NCBI RefSeq assembly: GCF_006345805.1
Contig: NC_043013.1
Location: forward strand, 47,306,001-47,370,000
Direction: 5' to 3'
DNA length: 64,000 nt
DNA from: Octopus sinensis
Taxonomy: Eukaryota
Shown here: positions 1 to 13,137 of the stretch, piece after piece
How the letters are laid out: the number at the start of each line of letters is the position of its first letter
How positions within the stretch are numbered: the first letter of the stretch is position 1
Made by a program: the position numbers and the translations under genes
Notes under the pieces: generated by a model
The model's input: only the letters and a program-made list of their open reading frames with translations
What the model was told of the DNA's origin: nothing
Databases searched by the model: none

Positions 1-102
1 AAAATTTAAACGATTAGGTGGTATTAGATGTATCGGTGAAATTCATTTTTATCAACTTCTTCAGCTGCTTTATCATAAAAATTAAAGTTGTGAACAGCAT
101 AT

Positions 103-483
103 TGGAAGCACTCCGTCGGTTACGACGACGAGGGTTCCGGTTGATCCGATCAACGGAACAGCCTGCTCGTGAAATTAACGTGTAAGTGGCTGAGCACTCC
201 ACAGACACGGGTACCCTTAACCTAGTTCTCGGGGATATTCAGCGTGACACAGAGAGTGACAAGGCCGGCCCTTTGAAATACAGGTACAACAGAAACAGGA
301 AGTAAGAGTGAGAGAAAGTTGTGGTGAAAGAGTACAGCAGGGATCACCACCATCCCTGCCGGAGCCTCGTGGAGCTTTAGGTGTTTTCGCTCAATAAACA
401 CTCACAACGCCCGGTCTGGGAATCGAAACCGCGATTCTATGACCGCGAGTCCGCTGCCCTAACCACTGGGCCATTGTGCCTCC
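103..483 (-). mobile_element. tRNA-derived SINE, family B (Arg-like head), full length
   Basis: The minus strand begins GGAGGCACAATGGCCCAGTGGTTAGGGCAGCGGACTCGCGG...GGTTTCGATTCC (A/B boxes). Near-identical to 57281-57674. Flanked by CAGCATAT on both sides (probable TSD). Confidence 0.85.
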
Positions 484-869
484 ACCGAGCAGCATATAAT
501 AAATTTGTAGCAGCCATCGTTCAGTAAATATACATATGTAATCTTTCAACTATTCTACATATCTAAACAAATTTTTTTGAGTTTTAACCCATGAAGTTTG
601 CTGTACAACTACGTCTAATTTCCTAATATTGTCAATGCTTAATTTTCATAGACTAAAAATACTTCTAAAAGTTGGGATTATTTCTGTCTGAATTACAAGT
701 GAAAAGATGTGATGAAAACAGTTTGCATTTATATTTTGATTTACTAACCTGCAGTTCACTGAACGATAAAGTAAAGCAAACGGCTGATTGACATCCCGAC
801 ATTTCGGTTATTTTTGTTAATAAAATGAAATAAGAAGTAAATAGTTTTAGCAAGAAAAAACAAGATAAT

Positions 870-870
870 C

Positions 871-948
<78 letters not shown>

Positions 949-968
949 CGATAATAATGATGATGATT

Positions 969-1006
<38 letters not shown>

Positions 1007-1013
1007 AATAATA
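870..1013. repeat. (AAT)n/(GAT)n compound microsatellite
   Basis: Directly visible. Confidence 0.95.
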
Positions 1014-1486
1014 AATGTATTTAACTAATTAAAGCTAAACTCATTTCATTAATGAAGTCAAGCGGTCTACACAACTAACAATGTTATTTCAAATTTATCA
1101 AGAATATGAAAATAACATTGAAGCTAAAAATATTGATTTCTTATATAGGAACAAAGTCGTCTGGAGTTGACTGGAAGATGTTTTACGGACATTGGAAGAT
1201 GGAGGGCAGCGTAGACATGGGTAGAATTCAAAACCAGAGCATAAAAATGGTCTGCAAATGTACCACTCTGAAAATTATCTTCAAATATTGAATTAATATA
1301 TTTGAATACCAAAAGTAGCTTCTCAAACCGTGCACAGATGGGTTGATCAAACATTCTGATTGGTGATTACTGGCTGAGGAGTAAAAATATCAAGTGTTGT
1401 TGATTCCTATTTTAACAATCTCGTACATACATGATGATTCGATCTTCTGAAATCTAATCTCGTGTGTGTGTATGTGTATATATATA

Positions 1487-1547
<61 letters not shown>

Positions 1548-1548
<1 letters not shown>

Positions 1549-1731
1549 TTTACGAAAAAAACAAAAGACGAAGACAGGTGGTGTACAAAACAAACAGATG
1601 TATTAGTATAACGCTCAGAAATAGAAAAAGTCTTTTACATTTCGAGCCTACGCTCTTCTACAGAAAGGGACACAGAACAAAACAAGGAGAGAAAAAATGT
1701 GTGTAGTGGCTAACGATCTATCATGGCGACT
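1548..1731 (-). mobile_element. Penelope-like pseudo-LTR fragment (family P1) with a variant hammerhead-like core
   Basis: The reverse complement matches 31880-32095. Contains CTGTAGA-A-GAGC-GTAG-GCTC-GAAATGTA-AAAGAC. Flanked by dinucleotide microsatellites. Confidence 0.6.
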
Positions 1732-1734
1732 GAC

Positions 1735-1806
<72 letters not shown>

Positions 1807-2419
1807 TATATAGTGATTCTGCGTAACTGGTGGTATGAGTCTGTATGTGAAAAGCGAGAAAGAGATAGGGGAAGGAATTAGGTTATATAAGAAACTAGCA
1901 TTAAAGACCCGTCGTTGCCGGGTCATAGTGCTAGTGCATGTATATATGTGTATATATATGTGTACATATTACATGTACATCTATATATATACATCTACAC
2001 ATAAAATGCAAAATACGAAGTTATATTTTTATATCGCTAGTGATAACAACACTCTAAAAATATAACAGACTGGAATTGTTAGCTCTTCTTTTTTCTCTAC
2101 ATTGTATACTTTATAGACAATAGTCTTTTCTTTAATTTAATTTTTTATTATCCATCTGGACTATTCCATTCCTGCACGCTAATTTTATTTTTAATTTAAT
2201 CCATTCGTGTGAAACCACTTAATCAAGTTCAAATCATTGATGCAATTTTATACCAATTCCTATTTTTAGTTTTTGTTATGTTACGATTATATTATACTTT
2301 AGTTTGATTTTAATTATTACTTACTACATATAATTCAATTGTTATTATTATTTTTATTGTTAAAGTGAAAGCATCTGACATAAAATAGAGAAATGTTTTT
2401 GTTTCACTTTTAACACGTA

Positions 2420-2630
2420 ATACTGAAATAGTGGAGAAGATATGATATTGCTATGGGCTCGCTCCATGCAAAAAGTTGAACATTCTTTTTTGCCCATGAC
2501 ACTACATGGACCCTAAGTAAGGCATGTGTAAAATTTGAATGAAATTGGTTGTGTAGTTCTCAAGTTTTAGGGAAACACACAGACATACAGACAGACAGAC
2601 ACACACACATTCTCAGTTTTATATATATAA
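2420..2630 (+). mobile_element. Possible non-autonomous Helitron-like 3' end
   Basis: AAATTTGAATGAAATTGGTTGTGTAGTT...(CAGA)n...TTTTATATATATA resembles invertebrate non-autonomous Helitron termini. Recognition only. Confidence 0.3.
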
Positions 2631-3039
2631 ATATAGCGTTTTGTTTTACTCAACAATAAAACAAGTAGTTGAGTTTTGACGAAATTGTCTGTTTAGTGCC
2701 ATCGTTCTTCTATAAAAGGACACGTGCTTTATAGTCGTTAAAATGGAGACATCATTATTAGTATTTCATTCCAATTTATTGTATCTTTATTCTCATCAAT
2801 TATACCAGCTGAAATAAGCTGATATCTCTAGATATAGTTGTGAAAATTACACGCTTATTCTAAAAACTATAAGGTTATTGGATGTTTATAGAGAACAATA
2901 AAATACATAATTATTTTTGAAGTTGTGCATTTTCTAAGGCAGTGTTCAAGGTGAAGTCTTTGAAAAGTACACTTGTCCTCACTTTGACGATGTGTGTGTT
3001 TATGAGCGAAACACCTCAGCTCCACGCAGCTCCGGTAGA

Positions 3040-3225
3040 AGGTAATGGCGAAATTTCTGCTGACTCTTTCGCCACAACTTTCTCTCAGTCTTTCCTCCTG
3101 CATCTTGCAGCTCACCTGCAACGGACCGGCGTCCCGTCCAGGTGGGGAACCTATACGCCAAGAAACCGGGAAACCGGCCCTTATGAGCCAGGCATGTTCC
3201 TCGAGAAGGGACAAACAACAACATT
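3040..3225 (+). mobile_element. SINE 3' portion with a V-domain-like core
   Basis: CCTGCAACGGACCGGCGTCCCGTCCAGG...GAAACCGGG resembles the conserved V-SINE central domain. Short (AAC) tail. Confidence 0.35.
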
Positions 3226-3329
3226 AAATTTATCGTGTATTTTCTAATGTACGCTGAATTTTAGATAACATTCTATATATTTATACTCACACAAACACAC
3301 AAGGTGTATTATAAAATGTTATCTAAATA

Positions 3330-3750
3330 GGCGCACGAGTGACTGTGTTGTAAGTAGCTTGTTTACCAACCACATGGTTCCGGGTTCAGTCCCACTGCGT
3401 GGCACCTTAGGCAAGTGTCTTCTGCTATAGCCCCGGGACGACCAAAGCCTTGTGAGTGGATTTGGTAGACGGAAACTGAAAGAAGCCCGTCGTATATATG
3501 TATATATATATATGTATGTGCGTGTATGTTTGTGTGTCTGTGTTTGTCCCACTAGCATTGCTTCACAACCGATGCTGGTGTGTTTATGTCCCCGTCACTT
3601 AGCGTTTCGGCAAAAGAGACCGATAGAATAAGTACTGGGCTTACAAAGAATAACTTCCGGGGTCGAGTTGCTCAATTAAAAGGCGATGCTCCAGCATGGC
3701 TGCAGTCAAATGACTGAAACAAGTAAAAAAAAAAAAGAAAAAAAAAAAAG
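3330..3750 (+). mobile_element. tRNA-derived SINE, family A
   Basis: GGCGCA...GTAAGTAGCTTG...GGTTCAGTCCC head, internal microsatellite, GCAGTCAAATGACTGAAAC 3' end and A-rich tail. Several homologues in this window. Confidence 0.85.
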
Positions 3751-4679
3751 AGAAATCGCTTTCATCGCATGAAGCTATTTGTAGCTCATAAAAATAGATT
3801 GAGAGATAAATTGTGGAATAAAATGTTTTCTAAAGAACAACATGCACTGTTCAGTATCGAAATCGAGACCCGACCTTACGATCGTAAAAATCCAAGTCTC
3901 TAACCACTAACCACGTGCCTTCATTCACCATATATTAGTAACACGAAGCTAAAGTCCTTGTCTTTCTAGAAATAGCAGCTAAATTTCCCTTCAATCTCTA
4001 TCAACCTTCTGATCAGTGATGACGTGGAGTAACGTACAAAAAAAGTAACAACACCAGTAATAACTACGACTATACAAAGAATCTAATTTCTGTACATCAT
4101 GTAATCTCCCCGGCTACTCTTTGAGAGATCAATCAATCAGTTAATCAGTCAGTCAATCAAATAATTTACCAATGTTTTATTTATCTCACTCAAATGTGAT
4201 AAATTGAGTCAATTGCTTGACATTTCAAAATTTATCCGTCATTTTTATTGACGTTTGAAAGAGAGAGAAAGAATTGCTTACTGGCATACTGGCCTTTCAC
4301 ATAGATAGTTAAAGAACCTAATAGAAGAGTAATAGTTACAACGAGGGAATAAAAACTGCTATTTCTACACTGATCGCTGTTTTACCAATGTGAATAATCA
4401 AAAGGATATAAAATGAACATTATATTGCAATTTTACAACGTTTTAGTTTTGAATAAGCCTTATTGATTTCTTGTCAGATGAGAACGTGTGAGACTTATTC
4501 TGCCTGTGCACCATATCCATAAAACGGTAGTTAGCTATCTGGATGGGAAATACGAGCGAGCGCGCACACACAGACGCACGTACACACAAACTCATGCATA
4601 CGTCAACACACACAAATATACAGGCGTATAAACCCAAGTATACGCACATACACATTTGACATACACACGCATATATACA

Positions 4680-4710
4680 ACATATATATGTGCATGAATG
4701 TATGTATGCG

Positions 4711-4743
<33 letters not shown>

Positions 4744-5015
4744 GTATATATAGTCGGTACGTACATATATGTTTGTATGTATGCATATATTTTATTTATT
4801 ACACTATCTATCTATATTATATATATATATTATATTATATATATATTAATATATATTATATATATATATATATATACATACATATATATGTGTGTGTATA
4901 TGTAAATATATGTATGTATTATATATATATATATACATGCATACATACATATATAATATATGTATGTATGTATACTTGCATGTATATATGCATATAGTAT
5001 GTCTGAGTGTATTAG

Positions 5016-5062
<47 letters not shown>

Positions 5063-5215
5063 GTGTATACATATACATATATATATATGTATGTATGTAT
5101 ACTTGCATGTATGTATGCATGTAGTATGTATGAGTGTATGTAGATATGTATTAATTATATATATATACATACACACACACATATACATATATATATATAT
5201 ATATGTGTGTGTGTA
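4680..5215. repeat. Degenerate (TA)n/(TATG)n tract
   Basis: Directly visible; it explains the Y/I-rich ORFs. Confidence 0.95.
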
Positions 5216-6036
5216 TATCCGTATCTACATACATGTACGTTTGTATATATTCGTGTTTGTGTCTATGGGGAGTTGCACATATAGATGTCTGTATATGTGT
5301 GCTTGCTACCCCTGTATATATGTCTGCGCGTTAAATCAAATATCATGTTCTTAAGCATACACACACTTCAAATTTAAAACTCATTATTCAAGCTGTATCA
5401 TTTCTATGATAGTTGAATATTGAGAATATATATAGTGTTATGTTATACAGGAGCAGATTTATTTAAACAACAACAACAACAAGAACAATAGCGCCATCAT
5501 CAACAACAACAATAATAATAACGTTGTTGATGATGATAATAATAATAATAATAATAATAATTATAATAATAATAATAACGATACTTCTCGAGATTCATGC
5601 TTGTCACAGAATGAATGATAAAACAATATGTCTCACCAATATACTTTAATTCCCTTCTGATAATAAAGAATAAGAAATATCGGTACTAAATGAAAATCGC
5701 TTGAAACTTTGGTAAATTATGATATTCTTGTGTCGTTTACAGAAGTTTAATTTATCATTTAACACCTGCGATCAACAAAGCAATCATCTTGTTTATAAAA
5801 CAAAATAAAATGACAGTTGTGATAACTATTAAACGATATATTAAACGATATACTCTATGTCACTCAACTAGAATTCACGCCAGAGTCTGGATGAAAATAC
5901 CTCGACGTCCCCATCTCTCTCTCTCACACACACACTCTCTCATCTCTCTTTCTCCACTCACACATGAAAACATGCACATATGTATACGCACACATACACA
6001 CACACACACACTCGCATATACATTTATAAAGATATA

Positions 6037-6198
6037 GGCGCAGGAGTGGCTGTGTGGTAAGTAGCTTGCTTACCAACCACGTAGTTCCGGGTTCAGTCCC
6101 ACTGCGTGGCACCTTGGGCAAGTGTCTTCTACTGTAGCCTCGGGCCGACCAAAGCCTTGTGAGTGGATTTGGTAGACGGAAATTGAAAGAAGCCCGTC

Positions 6199-6233
<35 letters not shown>

Positions 6234-6460
6234 TTGTGTGTGTTTGTGTGTCTGTGTTTGTCCCCCTAGCATTGCTGACAACCGATGCTGGTGTGTTTAT
6301 GTCCCCGTCACTTAGCGGTTCGGCAAAGAGACCGATAGATAGAATAAGTACTGGGCTTACAAAAGAAGAAGTCCCGGGGTCGAGTTGCTCGATTAAAGGC
6401 GGTGCTCCAGCATGGCGCAGTCAAATGACTGAAACAAGTAAAAGAGTAAAATAGTAAAAG
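6037..6460 (+). mobile_element. tRNA-derived SINE, family A (consensus-like copy)
   Basis: Same head, body and tail as 3330-3750. Confidence 0.9.
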
Positions 6461-6917
6461 AGAGAGAGTATACATAATTATATATTCATACACATATAAT
6501 TTAATATATACAAGTATGTATATACAAATATACAAATCATTATATACATGTATATACTATATACAGGATTGTACCCATGGCGTATTTATCGGACACAGAT
6601 ACATTCAAACAAACATACATGCATGCATCCATGTACACAAACACACAGGCGCACGTCATCAGAAATGTTTATCATAATACATGGACAATCACATGTATAT
6701 GTACAAACTTTTATGCGGATACCAATTCCAGCATATATTGGTAGATACGGTTATACATCACATTTTGTACCCAACAGTGTATGCGCATATGTACATGTCT
6801 ATATATATCTATCTATCTCTTCCTCTTTCTCTCTCTCTCTCTCTCTCCTCTCTCTATATATATATATTATATATATATATATATTACATACATAATATAT
6901 ATATATATATATATAAA

Positions 6918-6951
<34 letters not shown>

Positions 6952-6974
6952 ATATATATATACATATATATTAT

Positions 6975-7026
<52 letters not shown>

Positions 7027-7364
7027 TATATATATATATGTATGTATGTATAGATTTATAAATAAGGATAATATCGATATTATCAATTGGCCAGCATGGG
7101 GGAAAATACCATACAAAGGTAATAATTTTAATTATATATATATATATATATAATATAACGCGGGTGATAAATTGAATATTAATTTAATTGATATCAATTT
7201 AAAACCAGTAACCTAGCATATACAAAAATCTGAAAAATCAGAAAAAATTGCAATACATGTGTATATTTAGGGATAACCACTATGTCGATAACCAATATTG
7301 TAGTTAGATTGTATGTGATCTTCTTCTAGCATATTGGTTATCCACCTAGTGGTTATTCCTAAAT

Positions 7365-7395
<31 letters not shown>

Positions 7396-7420
7396 CAGAG
7401 AGAGAGAGAGAGAGATAGAG

Positions 7421-7465
<45 letters not shown>

Positions 7466-7467
7466 TA

Positions 7468-7780
7468 TCAGTGGACTGGAGCAACGTGAAATAAAGTGTC
7501 TCATTCAAGGACACATCGCACCACCAGGAATCGAGCTCGTGACCCTGATGCCCTAACCACTAAGCCACGCGCCTTCACTCAGCTGACAAAAATGAGTAAT
7601 ACCTGTATTTCAGGAGGCCAGCCTTGTCACACTTTGTCACGCTGAATCTCTCTGATAAGTACGTGAAGGGGTACGCGTGTTTGTGGAGTGCTCAGTCACT
7701 TGCATGTTAATCGCACAAGCAAGCTGTTCCGTTGATCGGAGCTACTGGAACCCTTATCATCGTAAGCGACGAAGTGCCAG
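7468..7780. mobile_element. Decayed family-B-related SINE pieces in opposite orientations
   Basis: 7468-7578 is a minus-strand tRNA-like head. 7595-7780 is a plus-strand match to the family B body (TACCTGTATTTC...GCTGTTCCGTTGATCGGA). Confidence 0.6.
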
Positions 7781-7880
7781 TGTCTCTCATTTCTAACGAT
7801 CTGCCATTTTGTATTTCAAAATACAAAATTGCAGATCGTTAGGAAGAAGAGACACAAAAAAAAAAGAAGAAAGCAAAGGA

Positions 7881-7920
7881 CCACTGATGAGGTCACAGAA
7901 TTGTGACGAAAGAACTCTGG
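7881..7920 (+). ncRNA. Minimal type I hammerhead-like motif
   Basis: CCA-CTGATGA-G-GTCACA-GAAT-TGTGAC-GAAA-GAACT-C-TGG: exact core, 6-bp stem II, 3-bp stem I, near-palindromic AGAACT stem III. Confidence 0.5.
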
Positions 7921-8027
7921 CTGAAATACAATTAATATGAAACAAAGCTGAAGCAAGTGAACACCAAATGTATAGTCCGTGTGTTTTCATTGGCTAAACT
8001 GGAAACATGACCATCACCAATATAACA

Positions 8028-8064
<37 letters not shown>

Positions 8065-8067
<3 letters not shown>

Positions 8068-8826
8068 TTCTCCTGTCTTTTGTTCTCACGTGACCGCTAG
8101 CCGATAAGTATACGATAAGTATATTTTTTCTCTAGCATTGATACAGACTCTTAATCTGTCTCTTTCTCTCTCTCCCCTCCTCCTTATTTCCCCTTCCTTT
8201 CTCCCCCCCCCATCCGTCTTCCCCCCTTCTTACGTTTCTCTATTCTCTCACTCCAGCCCCCTCGATCTGTCTTCTTTTCTTCTCCTCCCTCGTCCACCTT
8301 CTCTCTTTTCATCTGTCCCTTTTCCTGTCTTTTGTTCTCACGTGACCGCTAGCCGCTGTTGAGCGCTCTTTCGTTCCATGCAGCCGCCGAAGCAACACGT
8401 ATTTGTTCGTCTCCTGCGGCCATTAGGCACAACTTCACAAGCCAGCCCCATACTCAACTAGTCCTGTCGAAAGACCCTGTCCTACGTCCTGGTTCGTTTT
8501 GTTTTTTATTTTTACCGTTATTGTTTTTACGTTTTGTATTCTTATTGGTTTGTCACGTATTCTGTATTTTTGTTCGTGTACTTCGTTCGTTTTCCGTCCT
8601 CGTCTGTTGTATACTTCGAAGCTTCTTCAGGGGATCTAATGCGCTTGGTTAGATTCCCTGGCGGGCTGCCCATACGGAGCAATCTCAAGATAATCGCGAA
8701 ATTGCTAAGATGATCTGGTTTCTTGACTGATAACTGAGGGCTTCGAATGTCCCGTCCTGTGGTTCTTGTGTCGTCTCTGTGGTGTTTCATGTTCTTGTCC
8801 ATGTCTGTAATTATTTTTACTGTTTA

Positions 8827-8830
<4 letters not shown>
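8065..8830 (+). mobile_element. Unclassified (TA)n-flanked repeat with a partial direct repeat
   Basis: TCCTGTCTTTTGTTCTCACGTGACCGCTAGCCG occurs at ~8071 and ~8323, separated by a pyrimidine-rich tract. PLE-like layout. Confidence 0.35.
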
Positions 8831-8878
<48 letters not shown>

Positions 8879-9199
8879 TGCAGATATAGGGTAAAAAGAA
8901 TTATTAATTAAATAATTAATGAATTTTACCAAGTAGTTTCGGTGTAGAAAAATAACCATTAACGGTAGAAACTTTTATAAAAAGTTTTTTATATATATAA
9001 TTATAAACGTAATTAAGTGTTTAGCAACACGTTGCTTCAGCACATCAACCCTGCCCACAAAAGATGAGGAACCGGACTGTGGAAAGTAAGAACCTTGTCT
9101 AGTTTTTTAGCAACATTCACAGTATTCTTCTTCATTTATTGTTGACCAGGTAACGAACAAAATGCCCTGTCGCACCTGGTTGTGTATTCTTATATTTTA

Positions 9200-9750
9200 A
9201 ACGCAAACGTTACCGACTTCAAGGTTACCAATATTCTTCAGGAGTCAATAATATAACTACCAATCGGTTAGTGAAGTCGAATGCCTTCAACCTAATTCCA
9301 GAAATCATTTCAATATAGTGTGCATTCTCATGGATACTACGAGTTTATTGGTACACAACTTATGAGTAAGAGAATTTTATTGATATCTGATCTCGTGTAA
9401 GTAGCAGTGATTTAGAAAATGTTTTAAAAAATGAAATTCAGTCTAGTCCAGTCATCTTTGCAACAATATTCCAAGTGAGAAATAGTCGTATCTCTTTTTA
9501 ATATTTGAGATGACAGTTGTATATTATGAGTACCTCTTTATCAGTTAAGGGAGTGAAACAGTTAATTCCGTCTGGAAAAAGTTCAACACTTATGTAGTAC
9601 TTAATATATTATTTATTCCATCCTTGTTTCTTGGATAGCTATGTGAAGGCCATAACTGAAAACTACCTGGTCTCAGCACGTCTTTCAAATCAAAAGCCGG
9701 TTCTCCAGTAATAGCTTAAACTAATTCGTCTGCACTTTAGATGAAAGACC
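9200..9750 (-). pseudogene. Possible highly decayed PLE GIY-YIG and 3' region
   Basis: Minus-strand remnants VFHLKC...YYWRTG and ...PDGIN resemble the GIY-YIG N-terminal motif and the C-terminal P-x-G-L/I-N motif. Many disruptions. Confidence 0.25.
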
Positions 9751-9774
9751 GAGAAATATTCCGTTGTATACATA

Positions 9775-9944
9775 GGCATAAGCGTGGGTGTGTGTTAAGA
9801 CGTTTGTTTCTCAACCACATGGTTGTGGGACTACTCCTACTGCGTGGACCTTTGAGCTACTGTCTTCTACTACGGCCTCGGGCTGACTGAAGCGTTGTGA
9901 GTGGATTTGGTAGGCGGAAAGTGAAAGAAGCCAATCGCATATAG

Positions 9945-9994
<50 letters not shown>

Positions 9995-10053
9995 CATATA
10001 TATACATATATATATATATACATGCATATATATATACATACATATATATATAT

Positions 10054-10141
<88 letters not shown>

Positions 10142-10372
10142 CATATATATATATATACATACATAACATATATACTACACGCATGCACACACGCACACAC
10201 ACACGCACACACATATGTTATGTATATATCTATGTGTGTTTGACTTTATATTGTGTTTGTCTTCCACTACCGTTCCAAGAGTTGGAGTGTTTATGTCACC
10301 GTAACGTAGCGGTTCGACAAAAGAAATTGATATAATTAGTACCAGACTTACAAAGAAAATAAGTATTGGGGG
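9775..10372 (+). mobile_element. Diverged family A SINE with an expanded internal (TA)n
   Basis: GGCATAAGCGTGG head, TTGTGAGTGGATTTGGTAG core and the downstream body are retained around ~250 bp of microsatellite. Confidence 0.75.
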
Positions 10373-11041
10373 GGCTGATTACAGCTTGAATGGAAAAAAG
10401 TTAAAATGCTGAGAAGCAGTCAATTCGCCATTTTAGTCCTCACCGATATACAATCTACCAGTCATCAGATAACGCTATGGATAATTATATGTAAATTAAA
10501 ATACTAGAGACCGAGAGGAGTCGTGGTGGTTTACATAGAAAACAATCGGTGCTATAAACTCTAGAAAAACTGAACATGTACATTTGCCTTGAAATTATGC
10601 AGTGTTGATTTCTTCTTCAAATATAATATACTTTAATTACAGTATGAATATCATAGTTGCTACCTAAGTAGAACTATATGCGAAGGAGAGACAGCAAAAT
10701 GAAATTTCTTACATTATTAAGTAGGCCATTATAATACTCAACAGATATTATGTCTCTATATTAAGAAATATATCTTGAAAACTTCCTTAGAGTCAGCCAG
10801 TTAATATAAACAGCTTGACGATATGTAATGTGTTGTTATTTTTTATTTTTTGTATAATGAAGTTTATATATTTTCATTGTATGCATCTATTTATGCGCAT
10901 ATGTTCATCCACCATTCATATATCACCACTAATGTCACCATCATTCTTGTCATTGTTGTTGTCATCGTCGTCATCATCGTTTTCCATAAGTAATCACGTG
11001 TTGATTCAGTTGTGCCGCTCAAGTTCTGACTGTCAGGGTTT

Positions 11042-11085
<44 letters not shown>

Positions 11086-11090
11086 TATTA

Positions 11091-11137
<47 letters not shown>

Positions 11138-11154
11138 CATCATCATCATCATCA

Positions 11155-11320
11155 TTCAGTGGTTTTATTTTTATTACGCGCTTTCACTGCACTACCAGGT
11201 ACAGCTCTGTGTGCCTTGGGTATGTGCTGTGGTTTATGGTGATCCTCTTATTTTTACTGTATTGAAAGTGTTTTAGGTAGGATGTGTGCAGTGTCTAGTA
11301 GAGCTATTTTCTGTATTGTC
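11155..11320 (-). mobile_element. 3' fragment of an R4/Dong-like LINE
   Basis: The minus strand encodes IQKIALLDTAHILPKTLSIQ*, similar to the C-terminus at 24000-24090. Bounded by (AAT)n-type repeats. Confidence 0.6.
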
Positions 11321-12039
11321 ATTATTATTATTATACACATATAATTTATTTACTATTTATTATTAAATGGAACGTCACGCATCCATTTCCAACTAAGTTT
11401 ATCTTCACCTTTTGATGCGACTTTTTTCTCTATACTGTTTTCTTCCTCCATCCATCTCTAATTCCCTTTTTCTCCACCTCCCTCCTTCACCATTTTCTCT
11501 CTCTCTCTCTTCCCTCTTTCTCTCGTTGTTCACACGTCACCATCTTTCTTTTCCTGCACAGACGTTCAAAAGATCGGGAGTTTTTCCTCTCTTTTCTTTT
11601 TTCAAACAAAAATGTTTCTCCCAGCGTTCACTATTTTCCTCCCGTTCTGGTCTAACGCCCATCCATGTTTGTTTTCGTTCGGTTTCCTTGTATGTCTTGA
11701 CTGTCATGTCTTTGCTCCCAACTTTGACCCTTCGTAAATCTTAAATTTTATTTTAGAATCTATGGGTGCATATGTCTTAGAAGTTTAACATTGTCGCTGA
11801 ATGCTCGAAATGAGGAGTAGATAGACAGCCGACTACTGATGAAGGGTCCTTTCTCTGTGCTTACTTGTCCTGTTTTCCATTTTATTCTCGTTGTTTACGT
11901 ACTGAACTCGTTTGTCTATGCATTTCATATTGTTTGAACCGTTGGTAATGTCCTGTACCCATATATGGATGTACACACACACAAACACACACGCGCATAT
12001 GTGTGGGTTAAGCTAGGGATGAGCTTAAAAAATTCTACC

Positions 12040-12360
12040 AGGACACCTGAGGAAAGTTGGAGAGTAAATCAGCCGAAAGGTTATGGTAACAACAAACAAG
12101 ATGAGAACACATGTCCGTCCAATGTAAGTAATGTAGAGATAAATATCATTTAATATTCTCAATTGCAGAAGAGCTACTAACTGACTAGAGGTACATATGA
12201 GTTTTTCCCTAAATTTATCTGGAGTATGTCCAGCACAAGCCATCTTCATGCTTAGGATGCCCAAGCCATCATCACGGTAGAAGCCAATATCTAGGCTGGA
12301 AACTTTGATTTCAAAGTGTCTAATATATAGCGACCTACGAAATGAGTAGCTACCTTTCAA
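12040..12360 (-). pseudogene. Penelope-like (Naiad-type) reverse transcriptase fragment with an adjacent decayed hammerhead-like motif
   Basis: The ORF contains IGFYRDDGL (GLYRDDGL-type catalytic motif). CTGAGGA-A-AGTTG...CAGCC-GAAA lies on the + strand at 12047-12077. Confidence 0.55.
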
Positions 12361-13095
12361 ACCTTAGACCTCCTTTCTGTTATATTATGCTTCTCCAGCA
12401 GCATTAATTATAATTGTGCTTTCTACAGTAAACAAGGCCGAAAATCTTGGTCTTCTTACGTTTTCTTTCTTCACGTTCCAGTTATTGCATCAACCTTCGG
12501 GTTATTTTCCTTCGTGTATTTTTCTTCTTCGTTCTTTTAGTTTTCTTTTCTTCTCGTGTTTTCTCATAGTCCAACGTCCTTGCTTTTACATATATCTAAA
12601 GTTATGAACTGAATACGAAAGTTTGCTTGGAGGTACATGACATAAAGCTGCAAATTCAAAATCTTAAAGCATGAACTTGTCAGTAACTCCATTGTAATTG
12701 AGTATATTAAAAGTTAGTAAGTGATATTTTGTGTTATTTTGTTCTATACGAGCTGTATTAATTGTGGTTTCTGGAATCAGGGAGGATAGGGAACTTGGTT
12801 TTCTTAATTTCGCTTCTTTGCTCTCGTTCCATTTTTCTTCATCAACCTCCTTCACCCTTTTTTTTAATATTTTCTCACTATCCATCAACCTAGTTTTCGA
12901 ATGACATTTAAAGCATAATCAGAGCTTGAAAGATTGGTTAGAGATACACGGCGTATTTTATAGTAAATATGCTTATTTAAAGTATCAAAAAAAGCATGAA
13001 ACCATTAGTAGCTCTTTCGGTATGTGTATTAAATTGATTTCTCTTAATGGATAGAGGACTTTTTGTTGATTTACATATATTCAATCTATAACTCT

Positions 13096-13130
<35 letters not shown>

Positions 13131-13137
13131 TATATAT

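Noticed and set aside
28-70. Minus-strand hammerhead remnant (CTGAAGA...TTCACC-GATAC)
   Set aside because: GAAA is mutated, stem II is mismatched and stem I is absent; too degenerate to call.
400-483. tRNA-Arg gene (also 57590-57671 and the family A/C heads)
   Set aside because: These are SINE heads continuous with SINE bodies and TSDs; no proper acceptor stem or terminator.
3966-3977. CTAGAAATAGCA resembling the engineered sgRNA scaffold
   Set aside because: A 12-nt coincidence; it is part of the genomic motif shared by local repeats.
11810-11850. Hammerhead at CTACTGATGAAGGG
   Set aside because: No downstream stem II and GAAA, and the permuted reading with the upstream CGAAA gives no convincing stems.
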